From Nemertoderma westbladi (taxonomy: Eukaryota; Animalia; Xenacoelomorpha), in contig JAUCBJ010008390.1 of NCBI GenBank assembly GCA_032718475.1, forward strand, positions 1-51,349: a DNA stretch of 51,349 nt. The letters run 5' to 3'. The position numbers were made by a program, and so were the translations under genes. Positions within the stretch are counted from its first letter, which is position 1. Each line of letters begins with the position of its first letter. Below, in pieces: positions 1-13,200 of the stretch. The notes under the pieces are model-generated. The model did no database searches, was not told where the DNA came from, and saw only the letters and a program-made list of their open reading frames with translations.

Positions 1-272
1 AAAGGGGAAACCCAAATTCCGCCAAGGATTGCACTGTAGACACAAGAGCTTGCTCTTCAGTAGCTGATAGGTATGGTGGTCTTCCTTCACCTACTTTGGT
101 ACACGAAATCCCCGCCATATGCCTCGCTTTCGTGCTCCGTAGGCACCCCGAATATATCAGCAGCTGCATAACTACTCATTCCATCCTTTACACTATTAAT
201 GGAAAGTTGAAGGTTCTCATTATTGTATTTACATCGGCGGCTATCAGGAACTGGTTTATAAGTTCGTGGCAT
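1..272 (-). pseudogene. pogo/Tigger-like transposase N-terminus (psq HTH + CENP-B-type HTH), frameshifted, running off the window edge
   Basis: MPRTYK...YNNENLQLSINSVKDGMSSYAAADIFGVP. After a 1-nt shift near 140 it continues RSTKARH...GRPPYLSATEEQALVSTVQSLAEFGFPL, the typical pogo-family DNA-binding region. Confidence 0.7.
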
Positions 273-398
273 CGTTTAAGCAGAATAACATCAGTGAAGT
301 AAATAGTCTGAGTGAGTATGGTACCGGTACCTATAACACAACACAGGTAGGTCTACCCATATAACAGTATAAGAGCCTATATATTATGCTGACAAGTA

Positions 399-1435
399 AC
401 ACGTTCGTGGGGACTTCGCGCAGCACGAGAGTGCATACGTACAAATTTTGGTTTAATTTAATCTGCAATTGCCCGACTTATTTCGGTTTATATAAAAGTC
501 TGAACTGCAATTGCCCGACTTATTTCGGTTTTTATAAAAAGTCTGAAACCACCGGTACCGACTGACCTATTTTTGACCAAACTTCAGATACTTTCCAAAC
601 TTTTAATGGAGTGCATACGTACAAGTTTGGTTTAATTCATCATTTGATTGAACGACTTATTTTAGTTTTTATCAAAAGTCTGAAACTACCGGTACCGAGT
701 GTCCGACAGTCTTATTTTGATAAAAACTCAGATTATTTCTAATAGACTGCATATATGATGTAATAAAAGTTGGTTTAATTCTAGTAATTGTTGTTGGCTT
801 TAAATAATTTAATATAAAAAACGTGCAAAATAAGCTTTGCCAGAGATATGATTCGAACCAGCGCGAGAAGATCCCATTGGATGGCTAGTCCAACGCCTTA
901 TCCACTCAGCCAACACCGCTCGAGGTAACGAGCTGGCCATTGAAGGTATTAAAGTTTTATACTGCAATTTCGTAATCACTACTGATAGGTACAGCAGTAG
1001 GCCTACCGTACCGGTAGGCCTATGTCATTACTTCGGAGTCTCTAGCGGATCCCCAATTAAATGTCTTAACTTTTCAATTTCGTAAAAGATAGACTTCATG
1101 ATTATCTACAAGTAACCAAAATTTCAGCTCAGGAAAATGAGGCGTTCCCGAGAAATTTAACATTTTCTAAAAACCACATAATCTGTCGTAGCTGACGTCA
1201 GACTGCATGATTTTTCACCAAACTTTACAAACTTTCTAAACTTTCTCTCTACTACTTACCTACTAAGTTTGGTTCAATTCCGAACGAGCGATGCCGAGAA
1301 ATTCGCGTTCAAACATTTACCAGACAGACGGACGGACAGACAGACAGACGGACAGACAGACAGACAGACGGACATGCCCCATTTGCCCTATATGAACCGT
1401 ATGCCAAGGCTCGCCGACTACGTGTCTCGCCCCAC
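399..1435 (-). mobile_element. DINE-1/HINE-like non-autonomous Helentron-type element, copy 1
   Basis: 991-1435 is a near-identical inverted copy of about 38589-39011, and 399-428 matches 39181-39211. Has a (GACA/GACG)n microsatellite next to GGACATG, as in DINE-1 cores. Family assignment is by resemblance only. Confidence 0.55.
839..919 (-). pseudogene. Degenerate tRNA-Ser-like sequence
   Basis: Reverse complement GCGGTGTTGGCTGAGTGGATAAGGCGTTGGACTAGCCATCCAATGGGATCTTCTCGCGCTGGTTCGAATC resembles tRNA-Ser(AGA) with A/B boxes and a long variable arm. Anticodon loop is altered and the acceptor/T stems are broken. Confidence 0.65.
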
Positions 1436-1984
1436 AAGACAAACACTCAGGCACTACAGTAGTCTATTTTGATCAAAACCCACATGCAGAATGCAGAAAT
1501 GTATATAGTTGATAGTGTACAAAATTTAGGCATAAGTCTAAGTATTGTATAACAGATGTACAGTAACTAGGCCTAGTGTAATATGGGCCCTTACATATTA
1601 ATAAATTATAGCTGAAAAACAGATCAGAATTGAAATTATAGCTAGTTCACTTTACCGCAGAGTTTCTAAAAACGACGGGGTAATGTGAACTAGAAATAAA
1701 ACTTCAACAGTGATTGAAATTTTGGTGCTGCTTCAAAAAAGACAATTTCAAACCAAAATATACCCTCTGTGAAATAGTTTCACAAATTTTTTTGAAAATC
1801 TGTTCACATTAAATATTATAAACACTGAAATTAGAATATAATGCAGAAAGTTTATATAACTCAATTTTTGTACTTTTCTGAGACCATGTAGAATTTGAGC
1901 TGTAAATGAAATAATTTTAATGAATTTACAATTAAACGTTTCATAACACGTTATTTGTATGACAGGCTACCAGTACAGTTCTTT

Positions 1985-3346
1985 TCGGGGAATCTCATTG
2001 ATCTCGATTGCTGCAAAGCTATACAATAGAATTCTATTAAATCGCATCAGGGATCCCATTGAGAGACTGCTCCGTGGAAATCAGAATGGGTTCCGTAAAG
2101 ATCGTGGGACCATGGATCCATTTTGGCACTTAGAAGGATAATTGAAGAGTTATCAAAAAAGAAAGACAGGCATCTGGCTGATATCTTTGTTGACTTCTTC
2201 AAGGCCTTTGATTCAGTCTCTCGCTCACGTATGTTCAGCATACTTTCATTATATGGGATTCCTGATGAAATTATTGCATCAATCAGATCAGTATACGATG
2301 GTTCAACAACATTTGTGTCTCCTGTTGACGGTGACACAGAACCATTTGAAGTGTTATGGGGCGTCCTCCAGGGAGACACACTTGTACCATTCTTGTTCAT
2401 AATTGTTGTTGACTATGTTCTACGCATGTCCTTAGATCATCATCATCATAATGATGATGGGGTGATGATAACTCCACCTACTGGCTCCCGAAGTCGAGGA
2501 AATCCTGCCAAGTACCTAACTGATCTAGACTTTGCTGATGACTTAGGAGTACTCTCAGAATCACTAGAGGGAGCCCAACGGCTCCTCAGCTCATTAGAAC
2601 ATGCTGCTTCTAGTGTTGGTCTTTTTATTAACTCCAGAAAGACCAAAATTTTGACAGTTAACTTTGAAAGTCCTCAGCAAGTCTCTGATCGGATGAGCAT
2701 AAGCTCAAAGATGGTATGCTTGAGCATGTGGATGACTTCTGTTACCTGGGATCATGGATCCGGAAGTCAGGTGAGGACCTTCGAATATGTAAGGGAAAGG
2801 CATGGGCAGTCTTGAATAGGCTTTCCAGGATTTGGAAGTCACCGAGAATTAATCGGAAACTTAAGGTCCGATTATTTAGAGCAGCAGTAGTTCCAGTACT
2901 CCTCTTTGGGAGTCCATGCTGGGCTCTAACTGCTGAGGACACGAAATCTCCGGATGGCACATTCACAAGAATGCTACGCCGGGTACATTGTGTCAAGTAC
3001 AATGCACACATCTCCAACCAGACAATATATAACATTGGAGGTGTCTCATTGGTTCCCCCAAGCTTGACACTAGAACAAAGTCGCCTCCGCTTTGCAGGAC
3101 ATTGCTTTCGCCGTGAGGACCAGCCAGTGCATAATCTTGTACTTTGGCAGCCTCATGGAGTGAATAAGCATGGTGGACAGCCCATGACTTTCTTGAGACG
3201 CATCTTAAAGGACACTGGCCTTGAAGATGCGGATGATCTAGCAAATGTCATGGGTGATAGGGAGTTGTGGCGGTGCAATTTTGTCAATAATTCGGCACAG
3301 CATTATTAAAAATGCAGCTGCAATGCAGCATGCCGATCCTAGTAGT
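1985..3346 (+). mobile_element. 5'-truncated RTE-clade LINE (RT pseudogene), copy 1
   Basis: RGISLISIAAKLYN, QNGFR, FVDFFKAFDSV, GVLQGD, DLDFADD, FCYLGS and RLRFAGHC are split over three frames (single-base deletions near 2117 and 2710 relative to copy 2). Short TAG-repeat tail. Confidence 0.9.
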
Positions 3347-3475
3347 ACCAGTACAAGGCCATTTACCACTTTAAAAATAACTTTTCGAACTATTACTTTT
3401 GAAGTAAAAATTTTAGTTCACTTTACCCCTGGTTCACTTTACCCCAGCTTACCCCTATGGTTATACAGTACAGGC

Positions 3476-5909
3476 CAGTGGCGTGGTGGCCATACATCTA
3501 TTCGGGAAAATTCCCGGGCCCCCTTGACGATCTGGGCCCCCCGGGCCCCTCAGGGTCAAAAAATTATATTGATGTTATAAAAAAATATAGTAGTAGGTAT
3601 TACATTTTTCCAATAAAATGTAAGCATAACGAAACCAAAACAATAGCTACAGTATAAAGGTTTCATGTCGCGTCGCAGTTAGCAAGCACAGCACTAAATT
3701 AAGAGGGCTGGAGGGGAGGAGGGGGGGGGGGGGTGTAGTAAACGTTAGTAGGAGCACATACCAGTATTATTCTATATTGAAAAAGTCCCCACAGGTGTCA
3801 GGCAAGGCAAACTGTGTTGAAGTTGAAGTTACATTAAAGACCAGCCCGCCAGACCAGATAGAATTCATGATGGAGACATACTCCATCTACACCTGTTCTA
3901 TACCTTGCCCCATTCATTACCCTTCTTACCCAATAATTGCCTGCCTTTCTTTAGCAGTAGTCAGGTCTGTAATAATATTGAGTTGTTTCTTGAAAAAGGG
4001 AGCCTAATTGGCCACAGTAGGGGGGCGCCCTCTTCCCCTCTAATGCAGTGTGCTGTGTATTGGGAAGGGGTGTGTGTGTTGGGAATGCATTCGTTTCAGC
4101 TGAGCTGACCATCCACCAGAGTTCAATATAGGTAAGTAGGTAGGTAGTCAATATAGGTAGGTAGGTAGGTAGGTAGGTACTCTAATGTAATAAACATGAT
4201 GTAATCTTATCTGATAACGCTGGTCAACATGTTGTCTGATTGGTCAGTTTGTCTAAAAGTCATTGGATATATGTAATAACTGTTAATTCCCAATGTCCTG
4301 TCAGTCTTCATATTACACTCATTGTTATACACCTACCTGATTACAGTACAGTAGTACACCATTTCCTGGAATATAATAGTGTGGTTATTCAGCTACATGC
4401 CCCCCCCCCCCCCCCCCCCAAAAAAAAATAAAATAAAAAATTTTGTTCTTATACAAATCTGAATAATGGTATTGCATGAAATTTGACCCTCGAGTGTGAG
4501 TCAGAATTTTTATTTTTGTTCTCATTTTTTAGATATAAGCGTTTAAAAAAACAATAGCCGAGGTATGAGCCTTCAAATGTTATATAGTATTACACAGAAC
4601 TATTTTATTACTATGTATATTATATAAATACACCATATTCTGGAACATTTTGTTTATCCAATACGTAGATGCATGGCCTGGTAGATGTGCAACAATGCAA
4701 TAACTCTTTAATCATACTATTATGTTGCTATTCATACTCTACTTCAGTATATCTAATGGACGGTCCTTTTAATTTAATTTATTATTTATTCACTTTATCG
4801 TATGTTTTATTGTGCCATTCCCAGTCCCTTGGCTTAATTAACTTTAAGAATGTAGAGGTGCAACACTATGCAACATTATTGAACGCCCAAATTATTGAAC
4901 ATTATTGAATATCTTAGCCATTTTTCAACGAAATTCTACATATTTTGAATCCTTTTCTCCATCAGCTTTCCTTCACTAGGGAGAGTGAGGGAGACTTGAC
5001 TTTAGGGGAGACTTGATTTTTTTGTATAACTCAAAAACAATTGTAAATTATTTGACAATACCACACAATAATGTGTAAAAGTAAAGTACATGTAGGCTAC
5101 ACCCGCGCAACAATGTTGTACTACCTTTTGGTTATTTTTTATTTTATTGCCTATAAACGTTTTCTGAGTTCAAATGTAAATTTTTTCCCTTTACAACGAA
5201 TGTAACTAAAAGCAGATATGGTTGAAGAATAACTGCGGTGTATGGTGTAACTGGTGCAATATCGACCTTTTTAAATGGTTGTACTCTAATATTTCATTTC
5301 ATTTCATCGTGCGCACCGGTCAAGCCGGTATATATTAGATAGGAGAGCACCCGAGAATATAAAAACACAGCATAGCAAAAAGTAAAGACTAAAATGTTAA
5401 CATTTTCAATGAGTGTTTAGAGTACGTTATGATATAGTTGAAAGCAAAAATGAAATTCTGACTCACCCACCCATGATTTGCGTAATTCTACCTCTATTTC
5501 AAGTTTCATGCAATCTCAATAACATTTGGAGTCATTTCTCCTGATGAAATTAAACAGGTGTTGGACCAAGGAATTTGAACCACCTGTTATAATTAAAAAA
5601 CTTTGCGAAGGAAGCTCTATATTTTGAAGCTTTTGCAACAACTATAACTAAATCGATATAATAAATAATAAATCTTATAAATAAATATATTGTGTACTGC
5701 CCTATCACTACTTACAGTAGTATTTAATTGTGCCATTATATTTGTTTAACTTTATAAAAAGCCTTTTTCTAGAAAATATTTTGTGCATGAGGGGAGGGGT
5801 GAGGGGGGGGGGGGGGCGGTTAGTCAAAATTCCAGGTGATCTAGCATTTATGAATGGGCCCTTATTTTGGGATTTCCCGGGCCCCTTACTGGGTCCCACC
5901 ACGCCACTG
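3476..5909. mobile_element. Non-autonomous hAT-type DNA transposon
   Basis: 14-bp TIRs CAGTGGCGTGGTGG / CCACCACGCCACTG, 8-bp TSD GTACAGGC (3468-3475, 5910-5917), subterminal GGGCCC motifs, no transposase. Confidence 0.85.
4978..5200 (+). repeat. Dispersed repeat (probable DNA-transposon end), second copy at about 50497-50706
   Basis: GTGAGG(G/A)AGACTTGA...AATTATTTGACAATACCACAC...CCTTTACAACGAATG is shared between the two loci. Confidence 0.7.
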
Positions 5910-6584
5910 GTACAGGCCACCAGAAAAAGCAGATTTCATCCAATGTTATCACATGTGAACACATTTGTTCAAGTCATCTGATTGGCAGGTTATGGCGAGT
6001 TATCTAGCTAACTTGCTGGGACCGACAAAGGCTTTGTGTGCGGTGCGCCTGTATGTCTGATATCAGGTAGATGAGAGAGCCCACAGGGCGTAACATTGCA
6101 GACATGGGCTGTATTGGTAGAGAGAGAACTACATACAAGACCACATGGAGGTTCATGGAGTGGATGGGTATATGAATGAACGAGCCTAGACATTGAATAA
6201 TTAATTTAGTGCAGGGAGATGTCGCGCCATTAGTCTGACACCGAGAGGGCACAGAGAAACACAAGAAGATGGCTTAACATCACTAACTATAGGCCTGCCT
6301 ACTAGACACTATTAACCGCACACTATAAAGGTAAACAAAATCCTTATCGCATTTCCAGCTGCAGTGAGTGACAGTTTGCGGCAAACTACAGAGAGTTTCC
6401 AGATTACTAAGCGTTTCAAAAGTATTCAATTGTATCCTTTGGCGAAAAAATTTTGGTTGTTGCCAATTCAATTATGTTCAATTATGTTCAATTGTCCCGT
6501 TCAACAACATTAAATTACACTGGTACACATTTGATAAAATGTGTTCACAATTGTACAAATCTGCGTTTTCTGGTGGCCTGTACT

Positions 6585-6732
6585 GTAAATTTCATTATGG
6601 TGCATCGCGATGGCTCAAAATTTCCACCCCCTTGGGATCCGTGAATATATAGGCCTAGACAAAATTTATAAAAATTTTTTGCCTTAATTTTTTACCATTT
6701 GGCAACAAAAAAGTAAAAAACGCACCGCCCTA
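6585..6732. mobile_element. Right-end fragment of the TAGGG hAT foldback family
   Basis: Matches 17155-17321 and ends in AAAACGCACCGCCCTA. Confidence 0.7.
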
Positions 6733-7796
6733 CTGTATAGAACTGTAGAACTGGCTATTAGGGTGGTGCGTTTTTTACTTTTTTTCGATTTCATTGTTCT
6801 ACCGGTGCACAAAAGTTGCCAAATGGTAAAAAAATAAGGCAAAAAAAATTTCATTTAATTTCGTCTATATCTTTACGGATCCCAAGAGGGCTGAAATTTT
6901 GAACCATCGTGATGTGCCATAATGAAATTTATAGCAATATAACACATTAATGAAAGATCAATGACTCAAGAAAGAACTTCCTGCATGCATCAAATGTCAT
7001 CAAATGGGTCCAAACTTAGTTAGAAACCAAAATTTTAATTTTTGGTTCAAGGGAACTAGTGCCACAGGCACATGGACAGAAGCTACCATTTGGCACAAGT
7101 GACGATTATTCTCAATTTTTGCGATGGCCAACTTTTAGTACTCCTACTGCATTAATATTAAGCTCATTAGAACCACAATGGCAACCACAATCGCAACCGC
7201 AATTTAGTGTGGGTAGACACCTTCAAAACAAACGTAGAGCGAATAGTTCTTGAGATATCGCAGAAAATGTGAAGTCCGGCACAAGTCTACACTACCTTTG
7301 TGCGATATGGAAAAATCCTCAAAAGTTTTATTTTGAATTATCTCAAGGAATCTAGAATAGACACACCACTGCAACAAATTGATTTAGTGTATGCAGACAC
7401 CTTCAAAATTAAAGAGTAGTGATTAGTTGACTATAGTTGTTGTACAAAATGTACGGAAAGGGTCAACTGAATATCTAGTATTAATCAGTTAATTGGTGGA
7501 TATAGTCTTGACATTTTGTATAATAACTCAAGAACTAATGACTCTATTCTTAATTTAAAGGTGTCTACACCCACTACATCGATCATTTCTGTGATGGGTC
7601 TATTCTTGGTTCCTTCAGAGAATTCAAAATAAAAATTTTTGAGGATTTGTCCATATCTCATCAAGGTGGTAATGAAGACTTGTGCCGGATTTCACATTTT
7701 CTGCGATATCTCAAGAACTATTCTCTCTACGTTTGTTTTGAAGTTGTCTACCCCCACTAAATCGGACATTGCGGTTCTAATGAGCGTAATATTAAT

Positions 7797-9943
7797 TATT
7801 ATTATTATTATGTTTAATTTCGTGCAGGAACATTAATGTAAACATTATGTAGCACCGCACAACTCTACTGTAGGCTACTACTGTATCTATAAACTAATAT
7901 AAAGCAACTACAGTACCTAGCAGCTAGCACAATGTACTGTAAGAATGAGACGTTATTAATGGGCGCACCCAAAAAAAGAAAAGGAATGTAGAAACTATCG
8001 GCCATAAGTTAATAATGAAATACCAAAGTGTTCATAAATTGTATAGATTGATAAGAGAATAGAGTACAAATTACTAATTGGATATAGGTTAGTTTTCATC
8101 GACCCCTAAAACAATATTCCAGCGAGATCTAAGCGTAGACATACCAATAGAGTTACAGGTACGAAGTATAGGATTTGAAGATATTGAAACACGATGTAAC
8201 AGTGAAAAAATAGCAGTACGACAAATTGATTTAAAAGTATTGATACGGTTCAAACAAAATAAAGTGTTGGCGTCTTCGGTACTACAATATGAAAATAATT
8301 GACGGAAAGCGTAATTGTAAGCTACCTTTAATCTACGTAAGGATTCAACACGAAACACAGACCATAGAGAACAACAGTATAAGTTATAACAATAAGTTTT
8401 GAAAATAATGGATTTTATAGGTAAAGAGCATTTATTAAACGTTCTGGCTAATTGATTACCACGACAATATAAGGTTGATTTCAAACGCTTAATGTCAGGT
8501 TCATCAGATAGGTTGCAACAGAGGGTATGCCCTAAGTAACAGTATTCTAGAACACAAGGGAGGATCATACCACAAAGGTATACGTCACCAGCTCGTCCAA
8601 ATTGTGAAGGGATAAAATACATACACTTTGATTTAACGAAATTAAACATAACATCAAATTTAGCACCATAATCTTCACAAATTTTAAGTAAAGACCGTAA
8701 ACCAAAAATACTGGGAGCCATTAAACTTAGATCATCGGCATACAATAGATGGTTGATTACAATATTACCAACCTTACAACCTGCAGGACATTTGTTCAAT
8801 AAAATACTTAAGTCATTCAAGTATATGTTAAATAGAAGAGGAGAAAGCAAACTACCCTGTCGTACACCATTACATACAGTGAAGGGTACGCTTGTTGCGC
8901 TGCCCCAACGTACCGCTAGCAATTGATTGGTATACCAAAAATATAGTAAACGTATTACACCAAGGGGAACTTTAAGATAAATTAACTTTTTAAAAAGTTT
9001 TACATAATTAACACGGTCGAATGCCTTAGAAGCATCCAAAAAAGCTGTAAAAGCAGGGGTGTCTCTAGATACAAAATAATGGACTGTCTCTTTAAATGCA
9101 AAAATACAGGTTTCAGTACCAAGACCGGGTTGAAATCCAAACTGGTTCGGCGTGATATTCACACAATTCGTAATTAGCATAAGGAAGCAAAACTCTAACA
9201 ACTTGGAACAAGCATTAGATGTGGCTATAGGTCTATAATTTAACTGATCAGTAAGTTTATTGTTCTTATTTTTAACGATAGGCATTAAGTGACTGGTAAT
9301 TAACGAGACTGGCAAAAACCCATGTGAAATAAATGAATTGAATAGTAAACTAAGAACAACCGCCAATCGACACCCTGCATAATACCAGCACTCAGGCGCC
9401 AACTGGTCTGGCCCAGAAGCCTTACCAAGTTTAAGACTAGCTAAAGCCTCTTCCACATTCCTTGGGAAAATATGGAATCTATCAGATCCATCCCAAGTTT
9501 CAAACTTACTCTTTAAGAATGTAACGTCAGCCAAATCAGGCTCTACACTATTATACGTAGATTCGTAGCCATTACTAAACAAATTGGCAATGTCCTCATC
9601 ATTGTGGGCATTACCTATGATATTAGCACGTGGAACTTTTGTGTTACGGTGTTTTTGGGCGCAGTGCCAAAAATCCTTGCTGGAAGACAGGAACGACTGA
9701 GCTAACTTGTCATTTCTTATTGTTGCTTCATTTTTTCTACAATTTTTCAGCGCCAGTTTATACTGCGCGCAACTTTTACGTTTTAATTCCCATAGAATTC
9801 CAGAGCGAGGTTTACCGTTATCCCTCCAGTGTTGAGAAGCTTCAATAGAGGCTTCGCGCTTCTCCTTAACGAAGTCGTTCCAGCCAGGAATATGGACCCG
9901 CTTGTTATTACTACAATTACCGGAAGAAGTTACTGGTATATGG
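7797..9943 (-). mobile_element. 5'-truncated non-LTR retrotransposon 'LINE A' (Proto2/RTE-X-like, clade uncertain). Last ~40 bp of its 5' end lie at 16880-16920
   Basis: RT ORF plus 3' UTR ending in a (TAA)n tail at about 7797-7810. Reading frame CNIFSTATDI (16880-16909, minus) joins HIPVT at 9943. Confidence 0.85.
8089..9943 (-). CDS. LINE A reverse transcriptase (N-terminally truncated, frame open)
   Basis: IPGWN..W..GKPR, NYRPIA, QFGF, FLDASKAFDRV, NGVRQG.LSP.LF, LLYADD, YLG. The first ~39 codons of the tracked ORF 8089..10059 are antisense sequence of LINE B. Confidence 0.9.
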
Positions 9944-9950
9944 GTATATA

Positions 9951-10226
9951 CGCCTCCTCCTGCTTCAAAAAGCTCGAAATCTAAGAAAGTCTCAAAGATA
10001 CAGCCATATATATATAACGCCAGACTACACCCTGGCTGAGAACAAACTGCAGTACTCACTCCGACAAGAACGGCGGTCCATGGCTGCAGCGAAACCAGGA
10101 AAAGATTGGGTTATATATCGCGGTGCCGTCGTTGACTCTGCGTTTCTCAAGCGTCCTGTCACCCGTGCCAGTCAATCTCAGACAAACGAAAGTGAGGGAA
10201 TTGATGTGGTGGGTCAGGTCGATTGA
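9951..10226 (+). CDS. C-terminal part of LINE B ORF1 (RNA-binding ORF1p-like), not in the ORF track
   Basis: Manual translation RLLLLQKARNLRKSQRYSHIYITPDYTLAENKLQYSLRQERRSMAAAKPGKDWVIYRGAVV...GQVD*. The A..LR...IYI.PD.T..E...LR pattern is typical of CR1-group ORF1 ends. Confidence 0.75.
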   Translation, partial: RLLLLQKARNLRKSQRYSHIYITPDYTLAENKLQYSLRQERRSMAAAKPGKDWVIYRGAVVDSAFLKRPVTRASQSQTNESEGIDVVGQVD

Positions 10227-13200
10227 CTACATTCCCCCCACCTTTCCAGTAGTAATATTGTGTTGCGTGCCCCCTCCTCCCGAGGGGGCGCCGGATCAAC
10301 TAATTCGGCAACTCTAATTGCGTCACAGCCCCCCTCCTCCCGAGGGGGCACCGGTTCGATTAATTCGGCAACTCTAATTGCGTCACAGCCCTCCTCCCCC
10401 CGAGGGGGTACCGGTTCGATTAATTCGGCAACTCTAATTGCGTCACAGCCCCCCTCCTCCCGAGGGGGCACCGGTTCGATTAATTCGGCAACTCTAAATG
10501 CGTCACAGCCCCCCTCCTCCCGAGGGGGCACTGGTTCGATTAATTCGGCAACTCTAATTGCGTCACAGCCCCCCTCCTCCCGAGGGGGCACCAGTTCGAT
10601 TAATTCAGCAACTCTAATTGCGTCACAGCCCCCCTCCTCCCGAGGGGGCACCAGTTCGATTAATTCAGCAACTCTAATTGCGTCACAGCCCCCCTCCTCC
10701 CGAGGGGGCACCGGTTCGATTAATTCGGCAACTCTAATTGCGTCACAGCCCCCCTCCTCCCGAGGGGGCACTGGTTCGATTAATTCGGCAACTCTAATTG
10801 CGTCACAGCCCCCCTCCTCCCGAGGGGGTACCGGTTCGATTAATTCAGCAACTCTAATTGCGTCACAGCCCCCCTCCTCCCGAGGGTACACCTCACAGCC
10901 CCCCTCCCCCCGAGGGGGCACCGGTTTGATTAATTCAGCAACTCTAATTGCGTCACAGCCCCCCTCCTCCCGAGGGGGTACTGGTTCGATTAATTCGGCA
11001 ACTCAAATTGCGTCACAGCCCCCCTCCTCCCGAGGGGGTACCGGTTCGATTAATTCGGCAACTCTAATTGCGTCACAGCCCCCCTCCTCCCGAGGGGGTA
11101 CCGGTTCGATTAATTCGGCAACTCTAATTGCGTCACAGCCCCCCTACTCCCGAGGGGGCACCGGTTCGATTAATTCGGCAACTCTAATTGCGTCACAGCC
11201 CCCCTCCTCCCGAGGGGGCACCAGTTTGATTAATTCGGCAACTCTAATTGCGTCACAGCCCCCCTCCTCCCGAGGGTACACCTCACAGCCCCCCTCCTCC
11301 CGAGGGGGCACCGGTTTGATTAATTCAGCAACTCTAATTGCGTCACAGCCCCCCTCCTCCCGAGGGGGCACCAGTTCGATTAATTCAGCAACTCTAATTG
11401 CGTCACAGCCCCCCTCCTCCCGAGGGGGCACCAGTTCGATTAATTCAGCAACTCTAATTGCGTCACAGCCCCCCTCCTCCCGAGGGGGCACCGGTTCGAT
11501 TAATTCGGCAACTCTAATTGCGTCACAGCCCCCCTCCTCCCGAGGGGGCACTGGTTCGATTAATTCGGCAACTCTAATTGCGTCACAGCCCCCCTCCTCC
11601 CGAGGGGGTACCGGTTCGATTAATTCAGCAACTCTAATTGCGTCACAGCCCCCCTCCTCCCGAGGGTACACCTCACAGCCCCCCTCCCCCCGAGGGGGCA
11701 CCGGTTTGATTAATTCAGCAACTCTATTTGCGTCACAGCCCCCCTCCTCCCGAGGGGGTACTGGTTCGATTAATTCGGCAACTCAAATTGCGTCACAGCC
11801 CCCCTCCTCCCGAGGGGGTACCGGTTCGATTAATTCGGCAACTCTAATTGCGTCACAGCCCCCCTCCTCCCGAGGGGGTACCGGTTCGATTAATTCGGCA
11901 ACTCTAATTGCGTCACAGCCCCCCTACTCCCGAGGGGGCACCGGTTCGATTAATTCGGCAACTCTAATTGCGTCACAGCCCCCCTCCTCCCGAGGGGGCA
12001 CCAGTTTGATTAATTCGGCAACTCTAATTGCGTCACAGCCCCCCTCCTCCCGAGGGTACACCTCACAGCCCCCCTCCTCCCGAGGGGGCACCGGTTTGAT
12101 TAATTCAGCAACTCTAATTGCGTCACAGCCCCCCTCCTCCCGAGGGGGTACCGGTTCGATTAATTCGGCAACTCTAATTGCGTCACAGCCCCCCTCCTCC
12201 CGAGGGGGTACCGGTTCGATTAATTCAGCAACTCTAATTGCGTCACAGCCCCCCTCCTCCCGAGGGGGCACCGGTTCGATTAATTCGGCAACTCTAATTG
12301 CGTCACAGCCCCCCTCCTCCCGAGGGGGCACCGGTTCGATTAATTCAGCAACTCTAATTGCGTCACAGCCCCCCTACTCCCGAGGGGGTACCGGTTCGAT
12401 TAATTCGGCAACTCTAATTGCGTCACAGCCCCCCTCCTCTCGAGGGGGCCCTGGTTCGATTAATTCGGCAACTCTAATTGCGTCACAGCCCCCCTACTCC
12501 CGAGGGGGTACCGGTTCGATTAATTCGGCAACTCTAATTGCGTCACAGCCCCCCTCCTCTCGAGGGGGCACCGGTTCGATTAATTCGGCAACTCTAATTG
12601 CGTCACAGCCCCCCTCCTCTCGAGGGGGCACCGGTTTGACTAATTCAGCAACTCTAATTGCGTCACAGTCCCCCTCCTCCCGAGGGTTCACCTCACAGCC
12701 CCCCTCCCCCCGAGGGGGCACCGGTTTGATTAATTCAGCAACTCTGATTGCGTCACATCCCCCCTCCTCCCAAGGGGGCACCGGTTCGATTAATTCAGCA
12801 ACTCTAATTGCGTCACAGCCCCCCTCCTCCCGAGGGGGCACCGGTTCGATTAATTCGGCAACTCTAATTGCGTCACAGCCCCCCTCCTCCCGAGGGGGCA
12901 CCGGTTCGATTAATTCAGCAACTCTAATTGCGTCACAGCCCCCCTACTCCCGAGGGGGTACCGGTTCGATTAATTCGGCAACTCTAATTGCGTCACAGCC
13001 CCCCTCCTCTCGAGGGGGCCCTGGTTCGATTAATTCGGCAACACTAATTGCGTCACAGTCCCCCTCCCCCCGAGGGTGCACCTCACAGCCCCCCTCCCCC
13101 CGAGGGGGCACCGGTTTGATTAATTCAGCAACTCTGATTGCGTCACAGCCCCCCTCCTCCCGAGGGGGCACCGGTTCGATTAATTCAGCAACTCTAATTG

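Noticed and set aside
3712-3733. Poly-G/C tracts (also ~4400, 5805, 38215, 41815, 48953) as functional G-quadruplexes
   Set aside because: Simple homopolymers, mostly in or near MITE-like DNA, with unreliable lengths and no evidence of function.
9930-9960. Head-to-head junction of two different LINEs as a twin-priming chimera
   Set aside because: LINE A's frame resumes beyond LINE B's tail (16880-16909) and an ATATGG duplication flanks LINE B, so this is an ordinary nested insertion.
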